Assembly: GCA_963823035.1 (NCBI GenBank)
Contig: CAWGKG010000004.1
Span: forward strand, 32,001 to 96,000
Reading direction: 5' to 3'
DNA length: 64,000 nt
Source: an uncultured Gemmatimonadales bacterium
GTDB taxonomy: Bacteria; Gemmatimonadota; Gemmatimonadetes; Longimicrobiales; Gaopeijiaceae
This document shows positions 8,984 through 18,562 of this stretch, one piece after another. Numbering within the stretch: position 1 is the stretch's first letter; each line of letters opens with the position of its first letter. The position numbers and the translations under genes were made by a program. The notes beneath the pieces were generated by a model. It saw nothing but the letters and a program-made list of their open reading frames with translations. It was not told where the DNA came from and did not search any database.

Positions 8984-11076
8984 GCGAGCCCACGGGCTTC
9001 CGGTTTCCGTTCGACGTGCGCAAGCACGGCGAGATCCTCGTCGTCGTCGCGATCGTCCTGGTGGTCGGGCTGCTCGTCCTGCCGCTACCGACCTTCTTGC
9101 TGGACCTCTTTCTGGCCTTCTCCATCGCGTCCTCGCTCGTGGTGCTCCTGGTGGCGCTCTACGTGAATCGGACGCTGGACTTCTCCTCCTTCCCCGCGGT
9201 CCTGCTCATCCTCACGCTGTACCGGCTGGCCCTCAACGTGAGCAGCACCCGCCTCATCCTGGGGCAGGGGGAGGCCGGCAAGGTCATCGAGTCGTTCGGC
9301 CAGTTCGTGATCGGGGGGAACTACGCGGTCGGCGTGGTCATCTTCCTGATCCTGGTCGGCATCAACTTCATCGTCATCACGAAGGGCGCCGGGCGCGTGG
9401 CTGAGGTAGCCGCGCGCTTCACGCTGGACGCCATGCCGGGGCGCCAGATGAGCATCGACGGGGACCTCTCCGCCGGGCTCATCGACGACGCGGAAGCCAA
9501 GCGGCGCCGCGAGGAGGTCTCGCGCGAGGCCGACTTCTACGGGGCGATGGACGGCGCGGCCAAGTTCGTCCGCGGCGACGCGATCGCCAGCCTGCTCATC
9601 ACGGCGATCAACATCCTCGGCGGCCTCTTCGTGGGCGTGGTACAGCGGGGGATGCCGGTCACGCGCGCGCTCTCCGAGTACACGATCCTCACCGTCGGCG
9701 ACGGCCTGGTGAGCCAGATCCCCGCGCTGGTGATCTCCACGGCGGCCGGCATCATGGTCACGTCCTCTTCGGGCGGCGGACGGGTCGCGTCCGCCCTCCT
9801 GAAGCAGGTTGGCCGCGAAGCCCGTCCGATGTGGATCGCCTCGGGCTTCCTCGGGCTGCTGTCCCTGGTTCCCGGGATGCCGATGGTGCCCTTCCTGGTT
9901 CTGGCCGGTGGCACGGCGCTGGCGGCGCGCGCGTCCGGCAAGTCGCCCGAGGAGAAGGACGTTCCGGTGCTCGGTACGCGCTCCGCCGAGCCCGCGCCGG
10001 GCGAGGTGGCCGCGGAACATCGGACGCCGATGCAGGACCTTCTCCAGATCGACCCCGTCGAGCTCGAGATCGGCTACGGGCTCATCCCGCTCGTCGACGA
10101 GAAGAACGGCGGCGACCTGATGGAGCGCATCCGGTTGCTGCGAAAGCAGGCGGCGCTGGAGCTCGGCATCCTGGTCCCGCCCATCCGCATCCGCGACGAC
10201 GTGCGCCTGGCGCCCACGGAGTACGTGGTGAAGGTCCGGGGCTCGGAGGCGGCGCGCGGCGAGGTAAAGCCGAGGCTGCTCCTCGCCCTGGACACCGGCT
10301 CCGTGATCGAGGAGGTCGAGGGCGAGAAGACCTTCGACCCGAGCTTCGGAATGCCGGCACGCTGGGTCCCGTTGCGCGCCCGCCTGGACGCAGAGGCGGC
10401 CGGCTACATGGTGGTCGAGCCGTCCACGGTGGTCGCCACGCACCTCATGGAGTCGCTCAAGACGCACGCCGCCGACCTGCTCGGCCGCCAGGACGTCCAG
10501 GAGATGCTCGACACGCTCAAGGAGACCTATCCGGCCCTCGTGGACGAGGTGGTGCCGCAGCGGGTCTCGCTCGGCACGCTGCACCGGGTGCTCCAGCGGC
10601 TCCTCAGGGAGCGGGTGCCGATCCGCGACGTCGTCACGATCCTCGAGACGCTCGCGGACGCGTCCGACATCACCAAGGACCCCGAGGCCCTCACCGAACA
10701 CGCCCGCCGCGCCCTCAGCCACGTCATCGCCGGCACGTACATGGGCGCGGACGGGGCGATCCGGGGGATCACGCTTGGGCCCAAGCTCGAGGCAGCGCTC
10801 ATGGGCCTGTTCAGCCCGCGGGCCGGCCGCACCTCGCACGAGATGATCGACCCCGACACGCTCACCGCCCTCCTCGCACGGCTCGACGACCTGAGCCGCG
10901 CCTACTCGGACGAGGGTCGGCCCGTTCCCGTCATCACGCCGCCCGGACTGCGGATCGGCGTGCGGCGGCTGATCGAGCCCGTCCTTCCGAACGTTCCGGT
11001 GATCTCGCTGGCGGAGCTGCCGGCGCAGGCCAACCTGAAGAACGTCGCCACTTGGGAGATGCTCCATGCAGCTTGA
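8980..11076 (+). CDS. flhA: Flagellar export gate protein FlhA
   Basis: RVAEVAARFTLDAMPGRQMSID, FYGAMDGAAKFVRGD. Confidence 0.97.
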   Translation: MSEPTGFRFPFDVRKHGEILVVVAIVLVVGLLVLPLPTFLLDLFLAFSIASSLVVLLVALYVNRTLDFSSFPAVLLILTLYRLALNVSSTRLILGQGEAGKVIESFGQFVIGGNYAVGVVIFLILVGINFIVITKGAGRVAEVAARFTLDAMPGRQMSIDGDLSAGLIDDAEAKRRREEVSREADFYGAMDGAAKFVRGDAIASLLITAINILGGLFVGVVQRGMPVTRALSEYTILTVGDGLVSQIPALVISTAAGIMVTSSSGGGRVASALLKQVGREARPMWIASGFLGLLSLVPGMPMVPFLVLAGGTALAARASGKSPEEKDVPVLGTRSAEPAPGEVAAEHRTPMQDLLQIDPVELEIGYGLIPLVDEKNGGDLMERIRLLRKQAALELGILVPPIRIRDDVRLAPTEYVVKVRGSEAARGEVKPRLLLALDTGSVIEEVEGEKTFDPSFGMPARWVPLRARLDAEAAGYMVVEPSTVVATHLMESLKTHAADLLGRQDVQEMLDTLKETYPALVDEVVPQRVSLGTLHRVLQRLLRERVPIRDVVTILETLADASDITKDPEALTEHARRALSHVIAGTYMGADGAIRGITLGPKLEAALMGLFSPRAGRTSHEMIDPDTLTALLARLDDLSRAYSDEGRPVPVITPPGLRIGVRRLIEPVLPNVPVISLAELPAQANLKNVATWEMLHAA

Positions 11077-11905
11077 GACCTTCAGGGGCACGTCGCTGTC
11101 CCAGATGATGAGGCAGGTACAACGCACGCTGGGGGACGACGCCATGATCGTGTCCACCCGGACCGTGCGGACCTCCAGGGGCGCCGAGACCGAAGTGGTG
11201 GCGGCGCGCGCGTCGGCCATCGAGGCCTTCCGTCGTCGTCTCGACGGCGCCCGGGCGGCGGCTCTTCGCGAGCGCGACCGGAAGCGGCGCATCGGCCCCT
11301 ACCGGGTGGCGTTCGTGGGGCCCGCCGGCGCGGGGAAGACCACGACCGCGATGAAGGTCGCGCTCCACCTCGCCGCCGAGGGCACGCGCAAGGTCGGCCT
11401 GGTCACGCTCGACACCTACCGGGTCGGCGCGCTCGAGGAGATGCAGACGTACGCCGAGATCGCCGACATGCCGCTCGAGGCGGTCTACGCGCGGGCGGAG
11501 GTGCTGGGCGCGATCCAGCGCCTGCGCGACCGCGACGTGGTCATCATCGACACGCCCGGACGTGGCTTGAACGGTGGATCGGCGCCCTGGGCTGAGCTGC
11601 TCGAGGCCATGGCGCCCGACGAGGTGCACCTGGTGGTTCCGGCCGGCTCCCGTCCGGAGGTGGCGATGTCCCTCCTGGAGCGCGTGCCCGGACCGCGTCC
11701 CACGCACGTCCTCTTCACGAAGGTCGACGAGCTGCCCGCGCCGACGGCGCTGGCCGAGCTCACCGACGAGATGGATCTGCCCGCGCGCTGGGTATGCGAC
11801 AGGCCCGAAATCACGGGCGACCTGGCCTCCGCCGGCCCGCGCATCCTCGCCTCCCTCGGCCTCTCGTCGGACCAGGGCCGGCGGGTCGACCTCCTGGCGG
11901 GGTGA
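11066..11905 (+). CDS. flhF: Short FlhF-like SRP GTPase
   Basis: GPAGAGKTTT, DTYRVGA, DTPG, TKVDE motifs; follows flhA. Confidence 0.85.
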   Translation: MQLETFRGTSLSQMMRQVQRTLGDDAMIVSTRTVRTSRGAETEVVAARASAIEAFRRRLDGARAAALRERDRKRRIGPYRVAFVGPAGAGKTTTAMKVALHLAAEGTRKVGLVTLDTYRVGALEEMQTYAEIADMPLEAVYARAEVLGAIQRLRDRDVVIIDTPGRGLNGGSAPWAELLEAMAPDEVHLVVPAGSRPEVAMSLLERVPGPRPTHVLFTKVDELPAPTALAELTDEMDLPARWVCDRPEITGDLASAGPRILASLGLSSDQGRRVDLLAG

Positions 11906-11912
11906 TGTGACC

Positions 11913-12755
11913 ATGGTCCGCCACGCTTTGAAGGCACTGGTGAACGGCAACGGCCGGGACACGTCCCACAGGGTCATGCGCGGCGTGGTCGTCTTCGGTG
12001 CGGGGAAGGGCGGCGTCGGTACGTCCACCCTCACGGGGCTCGTGGCGCTGGCGGCGGCCCGCAGTGGCGCGTCGGTGCTCCTGGTGGACGCGGACGAGAC
12101 CGTCGGATCCCTGCACCTGCAGCTCGGCTTCTCCCCGGACGTGCCGGGTCTGGGCACGCTGCGGGGCGGACGCGTCGCACCGGAGGACCTTCTGCTGGAG
12201 GTGGAGCCGGGCCTCACGCTCTTCCCGGGCGGTGGCGGTGGCGTGGCCGCCACCCTGGCCGTGGCCAGCGCCGAGCGACGCATCCTCATGCGGCGGGTGG
12301 CCGGCCTGTACGATCGATACGACCTCGTGCTCGTGGACGGTGGATCCCGTCTCGACTCGGTCGTGGCCTCGTGCGCGGCGGGGGCGGGGCGTCTCATCGC
12401 GCTGACCCTCCCGGACCGGATCGCCGAGGCAGGCGCGTATGCGCTCCTCAAGGCGATGCACGGCCGCTTCGCCACCCTCCCCGCGGAGGTGCTGGTGAAC
12501 CGGTCGTCCGAGGCGGAAGCCCGTGCGGCGCACGCGACGATCGACAGCGCCGCCACCTCCTTCCTCGGCACCGGCGTCCCCTTCGCCGGCGCGGTTCCCG
12601 ACGACCCGACGTCGCTGGCCCCCGCGGCCGGCGCGCTCGCCTCCCTTCCGCCCTCGGCGCCCGTCTGGGCGGCCGCGGCCCACCTCGCCGACCGTCTCCT
12701 GGCGGAGGAAGAAACCGCGGCGACCCCGGTCCTGCGCTTCCCCTCGCTGGACTGA
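11913..12755 (+). CDS. flhG: FlhG/FleN-like MinD-family protein
   Basis: GKGGVGTST deviant Walker A, VLLVDAD, YDLVLVD; follows flhF. Confidence 0.78.
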   Translation: MVRHALKALVNGNGRDTSHRVMRGVVVFGAGKGGVGTSTLTGLVALAAARSGASVLLVDADETVGSLHLQLGFSPDVPGLGTLRGGRVAPEDLLLEVEPGLTLFPGGGGGVAATLAVASAERRILMRRVAGLYDRYDLVLVDGGSRLDSVVASCAAGAGRLIALTLPDRIAEAGAYALLKAMHGRFATLPAEVLVNRSSEAEARAAHATIDSAATSFLGTGVPFAGAVPDDPTSLAPAAGALASLPPSAPVWAAAAHLADRLLAEEETAATPVLRFPSLD

Positions 12756-12781
12756 AGCCCGGAAAAAGCGGCCGGGTGAGG

Positions 12782-12797
12782 CCGGAAGAGGCTTCCG
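12782..12797. promoter_or_regulatory. Second candidate sigma54 activator site CCGGAA-N5-TTCCG
   Basis: Matches 3462-3478; 136 bp upstream of the -24/-12 element at 12918. Confidence 0.6.
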
Positions 12798-12917
12798 CCC
12801 GAACCCCCGTCGACCGGGGATCCCTCTCCCGTCCTATGTCTTCGCAGATCCACGAAAGCGTTGTATAGCAACACTTTTACTGGACTTCTGACACGCCCGC
12901 GGCACGTGCTGGGATTG

Positions 12918-12933
12918 TGGTACGCCGCCTGCT
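12918..12933 (+). promoter_or_regulatory. Putative sigma54 promoter of the fliA-flg operon
   Basis: TGGTACGCCGCCTGCT: GG-N10-GC; shares TGGTACG with the fliL promoter. Confidence 0.65.
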
Positions 12934-12979
12934 AAAGGAGGGGTGGCGTGAGACAGGTGGACACCAAGAGGTAGACGCG

Positions 12980-13742
12980 ATGGATACGACACTCCTCGAC
13001 AGCTATCGGGACGCCGGAGACATGGGCAGCCGTGACGAGCTGCTGACCCAGAACCTCCGCCTCGTGCACCACGTTGCCCGTCAGCTCGCCCGCTCCAGTC
13101 GCGCGGACATCGAGTTCGAAGATCTCGTGAGCGCCGGAACGATCGGGCTCATCGACGCGATCGAGAACTTCGACAAGACGCGTGGCCTGGCGTTCAGCAC
13201 CTTCGCCGCCCCGAGGATCCGGGGCGCGATCCTCGACGACCTTCGTCGCCGGGACCACGTGCCGCGGTCCGTCCGCCGGAAGCAGCGCGAGCTCGGCCGG
13301 GCGCGCGAGTCGCTGCAGGCCCGCCTGGGGCGCGCGCCGTCCGAGGAGGAGCTCGCCGGGGAGATGGGCATCGAGCTCGAGAAGCTGTGGAAGTGGCAGC
13401 GGGACGCGGAGCACGCGGCCCGCATCTCCCTCGATCGTCCGAGCGACACCACGACGGGCGTGGGTGCCACCCCGGAAGAGCTGCTCGCGGGCGAGGCAGG
13501 GCCACGACATCGAGGCCGTCATCAACCGCGAGCAGGAGGTCACGCTGCTGCGCGACGAGATCCTGAAGCTGAAGGATCAGGAGCGCATCGTGCTGTCCCT
13601 CTACTACTTCGAGGAGCTGAAGCTGCACGAGATCGCCTCGATCATGAGCCTGACCGAGTCCCGCATCTCGCAGATCCGCTCCAAGGCGATCGCCAACCTC
13701 CGTGCACGTCTCTCTCCCGCGGAGGAGGCGGTATGCGCCTGA
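12980..13742 (+). CDS. fliA: Flagellar sigma factor FliA (sigma28); apparent frameshift near 13500
   Basis: EDLVSAGTIGLIDAIENFD, RIRGAILDDLRRRD; second frame LYYFEELKLHEIASIMSLTESRISQI. Confidence 0.93.
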
Positions 13743-14308
13743 GCATGAGCCTGGCGGCGTGCATCGCCCTGTCGTGGCCCGTGGCCGCGGCGGGTCGCAC
13801 GCTTCCGGCCGACTCGATGGCCGTGGCGGAGAGCGCAGCCGCGCAGGGCTCCGCGACCGACTCGGCCGCGATCCCGGTGGCCGCCCCGGCGCCCACCGAC
13901 TACGTGGCGGCCCTCACCCGGCAGGCCATGGCGGCCCACCTGGCGACCGGAGGAGCCGGCGCCCGGTACGACGAGGCGACGGGATGGAAGGCGCGTGCCG
14001 CGGCGACGCTGTCGTGGACCGGTGTGCGCGTGCGGATGCTCGGCCGGTTCGCGAGCCGCCCCGTCGTGCGGAGCGTCTTCCTTCCCCTCTTCCTGCTGGT
14101 GCTCGCGGGCATCGTGGTCTGGCGGCTGGGCGCGGCGCGCGGTCGCGAGGCCGCGCTCCGCACCGCGCGCGGGAGGCTTCGCGTCATCCGGGATCTGGCA
14201 GCGGGTGGGGCCCGCATTCCGGACATCGCGCGCCGCACCCACATGGCCCAGGAGGGCGTGTCGCTGGCGATGCACCTCTCGAGCCGCCGACCCGGGACGC
14301 TCCGATGA
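13733..14308 (+). CDS. Uncharacterised membrane protein with signal peptide, TM and C-terminal helix-turn-helix-like segment
   Basis: MRLSMSLAACIALSWPVAAA; VFLPLFLLVLAGIVVW; IRDLAAGGARIPDIARRTHMAQEGVSL; overlaps fliA stop and flgF start. Confidence 0.7.
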   Translation: MRLSMSLAACIALSWPVAAAGRTLPADSMAVAESAAAQGSATDSAAIPVAAPAPTDYVAALTRQAMAAHLATGGAGARYDEATGWKARAAATLSWTGVRVRMLGRFASRPVVRSVFLPLFLLVLAGIVVWRLGAARGREAALRTARGRLRVIRDLAAGGARIPDIARRTHMAQEGVSLAMHLSSRRPGTLR

Positions 14309-14994
14309 GCGCCGGCGGTGTGGGCCCGGCCGCCCAGGCCCTCCGGTACTGGGAGCGGCGCCAGGAGGTGGTCTCGAACAACCTGGCCAACGTCTCCACC
14401 CCCGGCTTCAAGGGCCAGCGGGTCTTCGCGCGTCTGCTCGCCAACGGTGGCCCCGCGGCCCAGATCGGCGACGATTTCCGCGCCGGCGCCGTGTCGAACA
14501 CCGGGCGTACGCTCGACCTGGCGATGGAGTCGGACGGCTTCCTCGTGGTCAGGACGGACGCGGGGGAGCGCTACATGCGAGGTGGATCGCTCCACCTCGA
14601 CGAGGGCGGCGCGCTCGTCACCGACGAGGGACACGCGGTGATGTCCGACGGCGGCCCCATGGTCCTCCCCCCCGGTGACGTGGTGGTTCAGCCGGACGGC
14701 GTCGTCCTCGTGGACGGCGCGGAGGTCGGCCGTCTGCGCGTCGAGCGCCCCTCGAAGCCCCCTGTGCGCGAAGGCGAGCGCTTGTGGGCGCCCCAGGCGC
14801 CCGGGGCGGACGTCCCGCGCGAAGAGGTGAAGATCGAGCAGGGACATCTGGAGGAGAGCAACGTGGACCCAGTCTCCGCGCTGGTGGAGATGATCGAGAT
14901 CCAGCGAGCCTACGGTGCCGTCCAGCGCTCGATCCAGGAGACCGACGGCGCCCTGCAGACGATCACGACGGAGATCGGCCGCGTCAGCGGCTGA
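14305..14994 (+). CDS. flgF: Basal-body rod protein FlgF
   Basis: VVSNNLANVSTPGFK; LEESNVDPVSALVEMIEIQRAY; precedes flgG. Confidence 0.9.
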   Translation: MSAGGVGPAAQALRYWERRQEVVSNNLANVSTPGFKGQRVFARLLANGGPAAQIGDDFRAGAVSNTGRTLDLAMESDGFLVVRTDAGERYMRGGSLHLDEGGALVTDEGHAVMSDGGPMVLPPGDVVVQPDGVVLVDGAEVGRLRVERPSKPPVREGERLWAPQAPGADVPREEVKIEQGHLEESNVDPVSALVEMIEIQRAYGAVQRSIQETDGALQTITTEIGRVSG

Positions 14995-15019
14995 TCGAGC
15001 GACACACAGGAGACTCAAC

Positions 15020-15808
15020 GTGGATCCAGCACTGCGCAGCGCGGCGACCGGGATGATGGCCCAGCAAAGGCGGGTCGAGGTCATCTCCAACAACCTCGCC
15101 AACGTGAACACGACCGGCTTCAAGCGGAGCCGCGCCCACTTCGAGGACCTCCTGTACGAGACCGTGCAGGGCCCGCAGACCGTGGAAGGCAACGAGGCGA
15201 ACACCACCGAGGGCATGCAGATCGGGCGCGGAACCCGCCTGGCCGCGGTGCAGCGCGTGGAGATCCAGGGCCCCATCGAGCAGACGGGGCGGCCGCTCGA
15301 CTTCGCGATCGAGGGCGACGGCTACTTCAAGGTGCAGCTTCCGGACGGGAACGACGCCTACACCCGGGACGGCAGCTTCACGATCTCGGACAAGGGCACG
15401 CTGGTCACGAGCGGGGGCTACGGCGTCTCGCCGGGGATCACCGTGCCGGAGGACGCCGTGGAGCTGACGGTGTCACGCACGGGCGTCGTGAGCGTGTCCA
15501 CCCCCGGCAACGCACAGCCGATCGAGATCGGCCGCGTCGAGCTGGCTCGCTTCACGAACTCCGCGGGGCTGCGCGCCCTGGGCGAGAACCTCCTCCAGGA
15601 GACCGTGGCTTCCGGGCGGCCCCAGACGGGGTTCCCGCAGGAGAGCGGCTTCGGGCGGATCCTCCAGAACAGCCTGGAGGGGAGCAACGTCGAGATCGTG
15701 CAGGAGATGGTGGAGATGATCACCGCGCAGCGCGCGTACGAGATCAGCTCCAAGGCCGTGCAGACGTCCGAGCAGATGGCCGAGACGGCCAACAACCTCA
15801 TCCGGTGA
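15020..15808 (+). CDS. flgG: Distal rod protein FlgG
   Basis: ALRSAATGMMAQQ..NNLANVNTTGFKRSRAHFEDLLY; LEGSNVEIVQEMVEMITAQRAYE. Confidence 0.96.
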   Translation: MDPALRSAATGMMAQQRRVEVISNNLANVNTTGFKRSRAHFEDLLYETVQGPQTVEGNEANTTEGMQIGRGTRLAAVQRVEIQGPIEQTGRPLDFAIEGDGYFKVQLPDGNDAYTRDGSFTISDKGTLVTSGGYGVSPGITVPEDAVELTVSRTGVVSVSTPGNAQPIEIGRVELARFTNSAGLRALGENLLQETVASGRPQTGFPQESGFGRILQNSLEGSNVEIVQEMVEMITAQRAYEISSKAVQTSEQMAETANNLIR

Positions 15809-16530
15809 CCCTGATGCTCCGCACGCTCTGCGTAACCTGCGCCGCCGTCCTGGCGCTCGCGATCCCCCTGGGGATCACGGCGCAGAGCTCGGAGGACGCC
15901 CCCGCGCTCCCGGCCTCGATCGAGGCGAAGCTGCGGGCGCGGATCGCGGAGGCCTGGGAGGTATCGGGCGAGCGGCTCGTGATCGAGCCCGGGTCGATCC
16001 GCGAGGGCTGGACGGCCCCGGAGCGCCCCGTGGTGGAGCTGCTGGGCTCGGGAGGCGGTGGGAACTGGGTGGTGCGCGTGGGCGACGGGGACTCCGAGGG
16101 GACCGAGGCCGAGAGCTTCCGGATCCGCGCGGGCGTCCTGGCTGCGTCACCGGTCGCGTTGCGCGCGCTGAAGCGCGGACAGGCGCTCGCGGAGGGCGAC
16201 ATCGGCTCGGTGACGCGCGTCGTCTGGGGTCCGCCCCAGGGCGACGACGGTCCGGCCGCGCAGGTCGGCTGGGTCGCCGCGCGCGTGATCGACAAGGGAG
16301 ACGAGCTTCGGCGGCCGGCGGTACACCCGCCGCTCGCGGTCCATTCCGGCTCGCCCGTTCAGCTCGTCTGGAAGCGCGGCGGGATCGTCCTGCGCGCGCC
16401 GGGACGGGCCGCGGGCTCGGCGGCGATGGGTGAGGACGTGCTGGTGCGTACGGAGTCAGGCGACCGCCTGCATGGCAGGGTGGTCGCCCCGGGTGTGGTG
16501 GATGTCACTGGACCGGGATCGGAAACATGA
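15805..16530 (+). CDS. flgA: P-ring chaperone FlgA
   Basis: Signal peptide, SAF-like C-terminus; position between flgG and flgH. Confidence 0.8.
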   Translation: MTLMLRTLCVTCAAVLALAIPLGITAQSSEDAPALPASIEAKLRARIAEAWEVSGERLVIEPGSIREGWTAPERPVVELLGSGGGGNWVVRVGDGDSEGTEAESFRIRAGVLAASPVALRALKRGQALAEGDIGSVTRVVWGPPQGDDGPAAQVGWVAARVIDKGDELRRPAVHPPLAVHSGSPVQLVWKRGGIVLRAPGRAAGSAAMGEDVLVRTESGDRLHGRVVAPGVVDVTGPGSET

Positions 16531-17120
16531 AGCGAATCATGGCTGGTGCGGCGCTCGTCGCCCTGACGCTCACGCCGCTGGCGGCTCGCGCTCAGGACAC
16601 GCTGCCTCGCCCGGCGGCAGGGCCTCCCCTCCGTACCTCGTGGACCTCGGACCGGGTTCCGCTCCAGGTCGGCGACGTGGTGTCGATACTCATCGACGAG
16701 CAGACGCAGGCGTCGGCCGACCGTGACGAGTACACCTCGCGGAACCGGGACCGGGACGTCTCGGTGGCGGCAGGCGCCGGGGGCGGCACCGGGATGGGTC
16801 TGCGAACCCGCAACGACGTGCAGGACGGCCAGAGCGGCGAGTCGTCCCGCAGGAATCGCTTCACCGCAGAGCTCAGCACGCGCGTCGTGGAGGTTGGGCC
16901 CGGCGGCCTGATCCGGATCGAGGGCACCAAGAAAGTGAAGATCGACGACCACGAGGAGGAGGTGACGATCCGAGGATGGGTTCGCCCGCACGACGTTACG
17001 GTGGGACACACGGTGGAGTCCTGGCGGGTGGCCAACGCCGAGATCCTCTACACCTCGAACGGATCGCTGGTGAAGTCCGGGGGCATCTGGTCCAAGCTCC
17101 TCGACCTGATCATCCCATGA
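16527..17120 (+). CDS. flgH: L-ring protein FlgH
   Basis: VGDVVSILIDE, IEGTKKVKID, IRGWVRPHDV, SWRVANAEI. Confidence 0.9.
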   Translation: MKRIMAGAALVALTLTPLAARAQDTLPRPAAGPPLRTSWTSDRVPLQVGDVVSILIDEQTQASADRDEYTSRNRDRDVSVAAGAGGGTGMGLRTRNDVQDGQSGESSRRNRFTAELSTRVVEVGPGGLIRIEGTKKVKIDDHEEEVTIRGWVRPHDVTVGHTVESWRVANAEILYTSNGSLVKSGGIWSKLLDLIIP

Positions 17121-18238
17121 GCACAGAACAACGCATGCTTTCGGTGGACACCCGGTGGCGTCCCGCGCCGATCGCCTGGTGGCTCTCGGCCGTGCTGTGG
17201 GGGCTCTTCTGGACGATCGCGCTCTCCTTCGGGCTCTTCGTGGGGGATGCGCACGGGCAGGACACCCGCATCCGCGACCTGACGGTCGGTAGCGGAGATG
17301 TTCCGGTACGGCTCCTGGGCTACGGCCTGGTCATCGGGCTGGACGGCACCGGCGACCGCGTCGTGGGCGGATTCAGCTCTGGGCACACGGTTCGCTCGGT
17401 CGCGAATCTCCTGCGCCGCTTCGACGTGGAGGTGCCCGAGCAGATGCTGCGCACCCGGAACGTGGCCGCGGTCCTCGTGACCGCGGAAGCCTCGCCCTAC
17501 CTGCGGCCCGGCGGACGCTTCGACGTCCACGTCGCGTCGGTGGGTGACGCGTCCTCGCTGCGCGGGGGCGTCCTGTGGATGACGCCGCTCGCCACGGGCG
17601 CCGACCAGCTTCCCCTGGCCACCGCGCAGGGCGCGCTGATGGTGAGCGAAGCGCGCGTCGGGGTCGGCCAGGAGTACGCCGTGGAGACCACGGCCGTCCT
17701 CCCTGCGGGTGGTCTCCTCGAGCAGGCGATGGCGGTACCCGACTTCTCGACGGCACCCCTGCTGTACCTGAGGACCCCGGACGTGGCCACGGCCTCGCGC
17801 ATCGCGGAGGCGGTCAACATCGACCTGGGCCCGGGATCCGCGACGGTCCAGGACCCGGGCGCCGTGGCGCTCCAGCTCCCGGCCGACTCGGCCTCGAGCC
17901 CCGCCGCGACGCTGGCCCGCATCGGAGAGCTGCGTGTGCAGCCCGAGCGTGCCGCCCTCGTCGTCATCGACGGACGTGCCGGCACCGTGGTGGCCGGTGG
18001 GGACATCCGCGTTGGCGAGGCCGTGGTGAGCCACGGTGGCCTCACGCTCTCGGTGGGCGGAACCCCGCCGGGGCCGGATGGGGGCGTCGTCGGCGACGTG
18101 CATCTCCAGCCCGGGGTGACCGTGCAGGACATCGCCTCGGCGCTCTACGGGGTGTCGGCGCCGCCTCAGGCGATCGCCTCGGTCTTCGAGGCGCTCCGTC
18201 AGGTCGGCGCGCTCAGCGCCTCGGTGGTGGTCCGATGA
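17117..18238 (+). CDS. flgI: P-ring protein FlgI
   Basis: LLGYGLVIGLDGTGD, RNVAAVLVTA, GDASSLRGGVL. Confidence 0.93.
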   Translation: MSTEQRMLSVDTRWRPAPIAWWLSAVLWGLFWTIALSFGLFVGDAHGQDTRIRDLTVGSGDVPVRLLGYGLVIGLDGTGDRVVGGFSSGHTVRSVANLLRRFDVEVPEQMLRTRNVAAVLVTAEASPYLRPGGRFDVHVASVGDASSLRGGVLWMTPLATGADQLPLATAQGALMVSEARVGVGQEYAVETTAVLPAGGLLEQAMAVPDFSTAPLLYLRTPDVATASRIAEAVNIDLGPGSATVQDPGAVALQLPADSASSPAATLARIGELRVQPERAALVVIDGRAGTVVAGGDIRVGEAVVSHGGLTLSVGGTPPGPDGGVVGDVHLQPGVTVQDIASALYGVSAPPQAIASVFEALRQVGALSASVVVR

Positions 18239-18561
18239 ACGGGGCGACGGGGCCCGGGGGCGCACGGCCGGGGACGGATGTCCTCGGGGCGCTCCGCGAC
18301 GGTCGCATCCAGGGAGGGAAGGCTCGCCTGAAGGCGGCCACGCGGCTGCTGGAGGGGACGTTCTACCAGGAGATGTTCAAGGCCATGAGGAATACCGTGC
18401 CCACTGGCGGCGCCATCGCGCCCAGCCAAGGGGAGGACATCTTCACGGGGCTCATGGACCAGCACGTGGCGGACAGCGCCGCGATGCAGTCGGAGCGCGG
18501 CCTGGGGCGCGCGCTCTACCGCTATTTCGCCCGGTCGATGACCGGATCCGAGGAGGGGTGA
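18235..18561 (+). CDS. flgJ: FlgJ rod-binding domain only (no muramidase domain)
   Basis: LKAATRLLEGTFYQEMFKAMRNTVP..FTGLMDQHVA..GLGRALYR; 108 aa. Confidence 0.85.
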   Translation: MNGATGPGGARPGTDVLGALRDGRIQGGKARLKAATRLLEGTFYQEMFKAMRNTVPTGGAIAPSQGEDIFTGLMDQHVADSAAMQSERGLGRALYRYFARSMTGSEEG

Positions 18562-18562
18562 G

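Noticed and set aside
12917..14308. FliA fused to a membrane protein
   Set aside because: Sigma region 4 lies in another frame (13182-13742); a frameshift near 13500 explains the long ORF.
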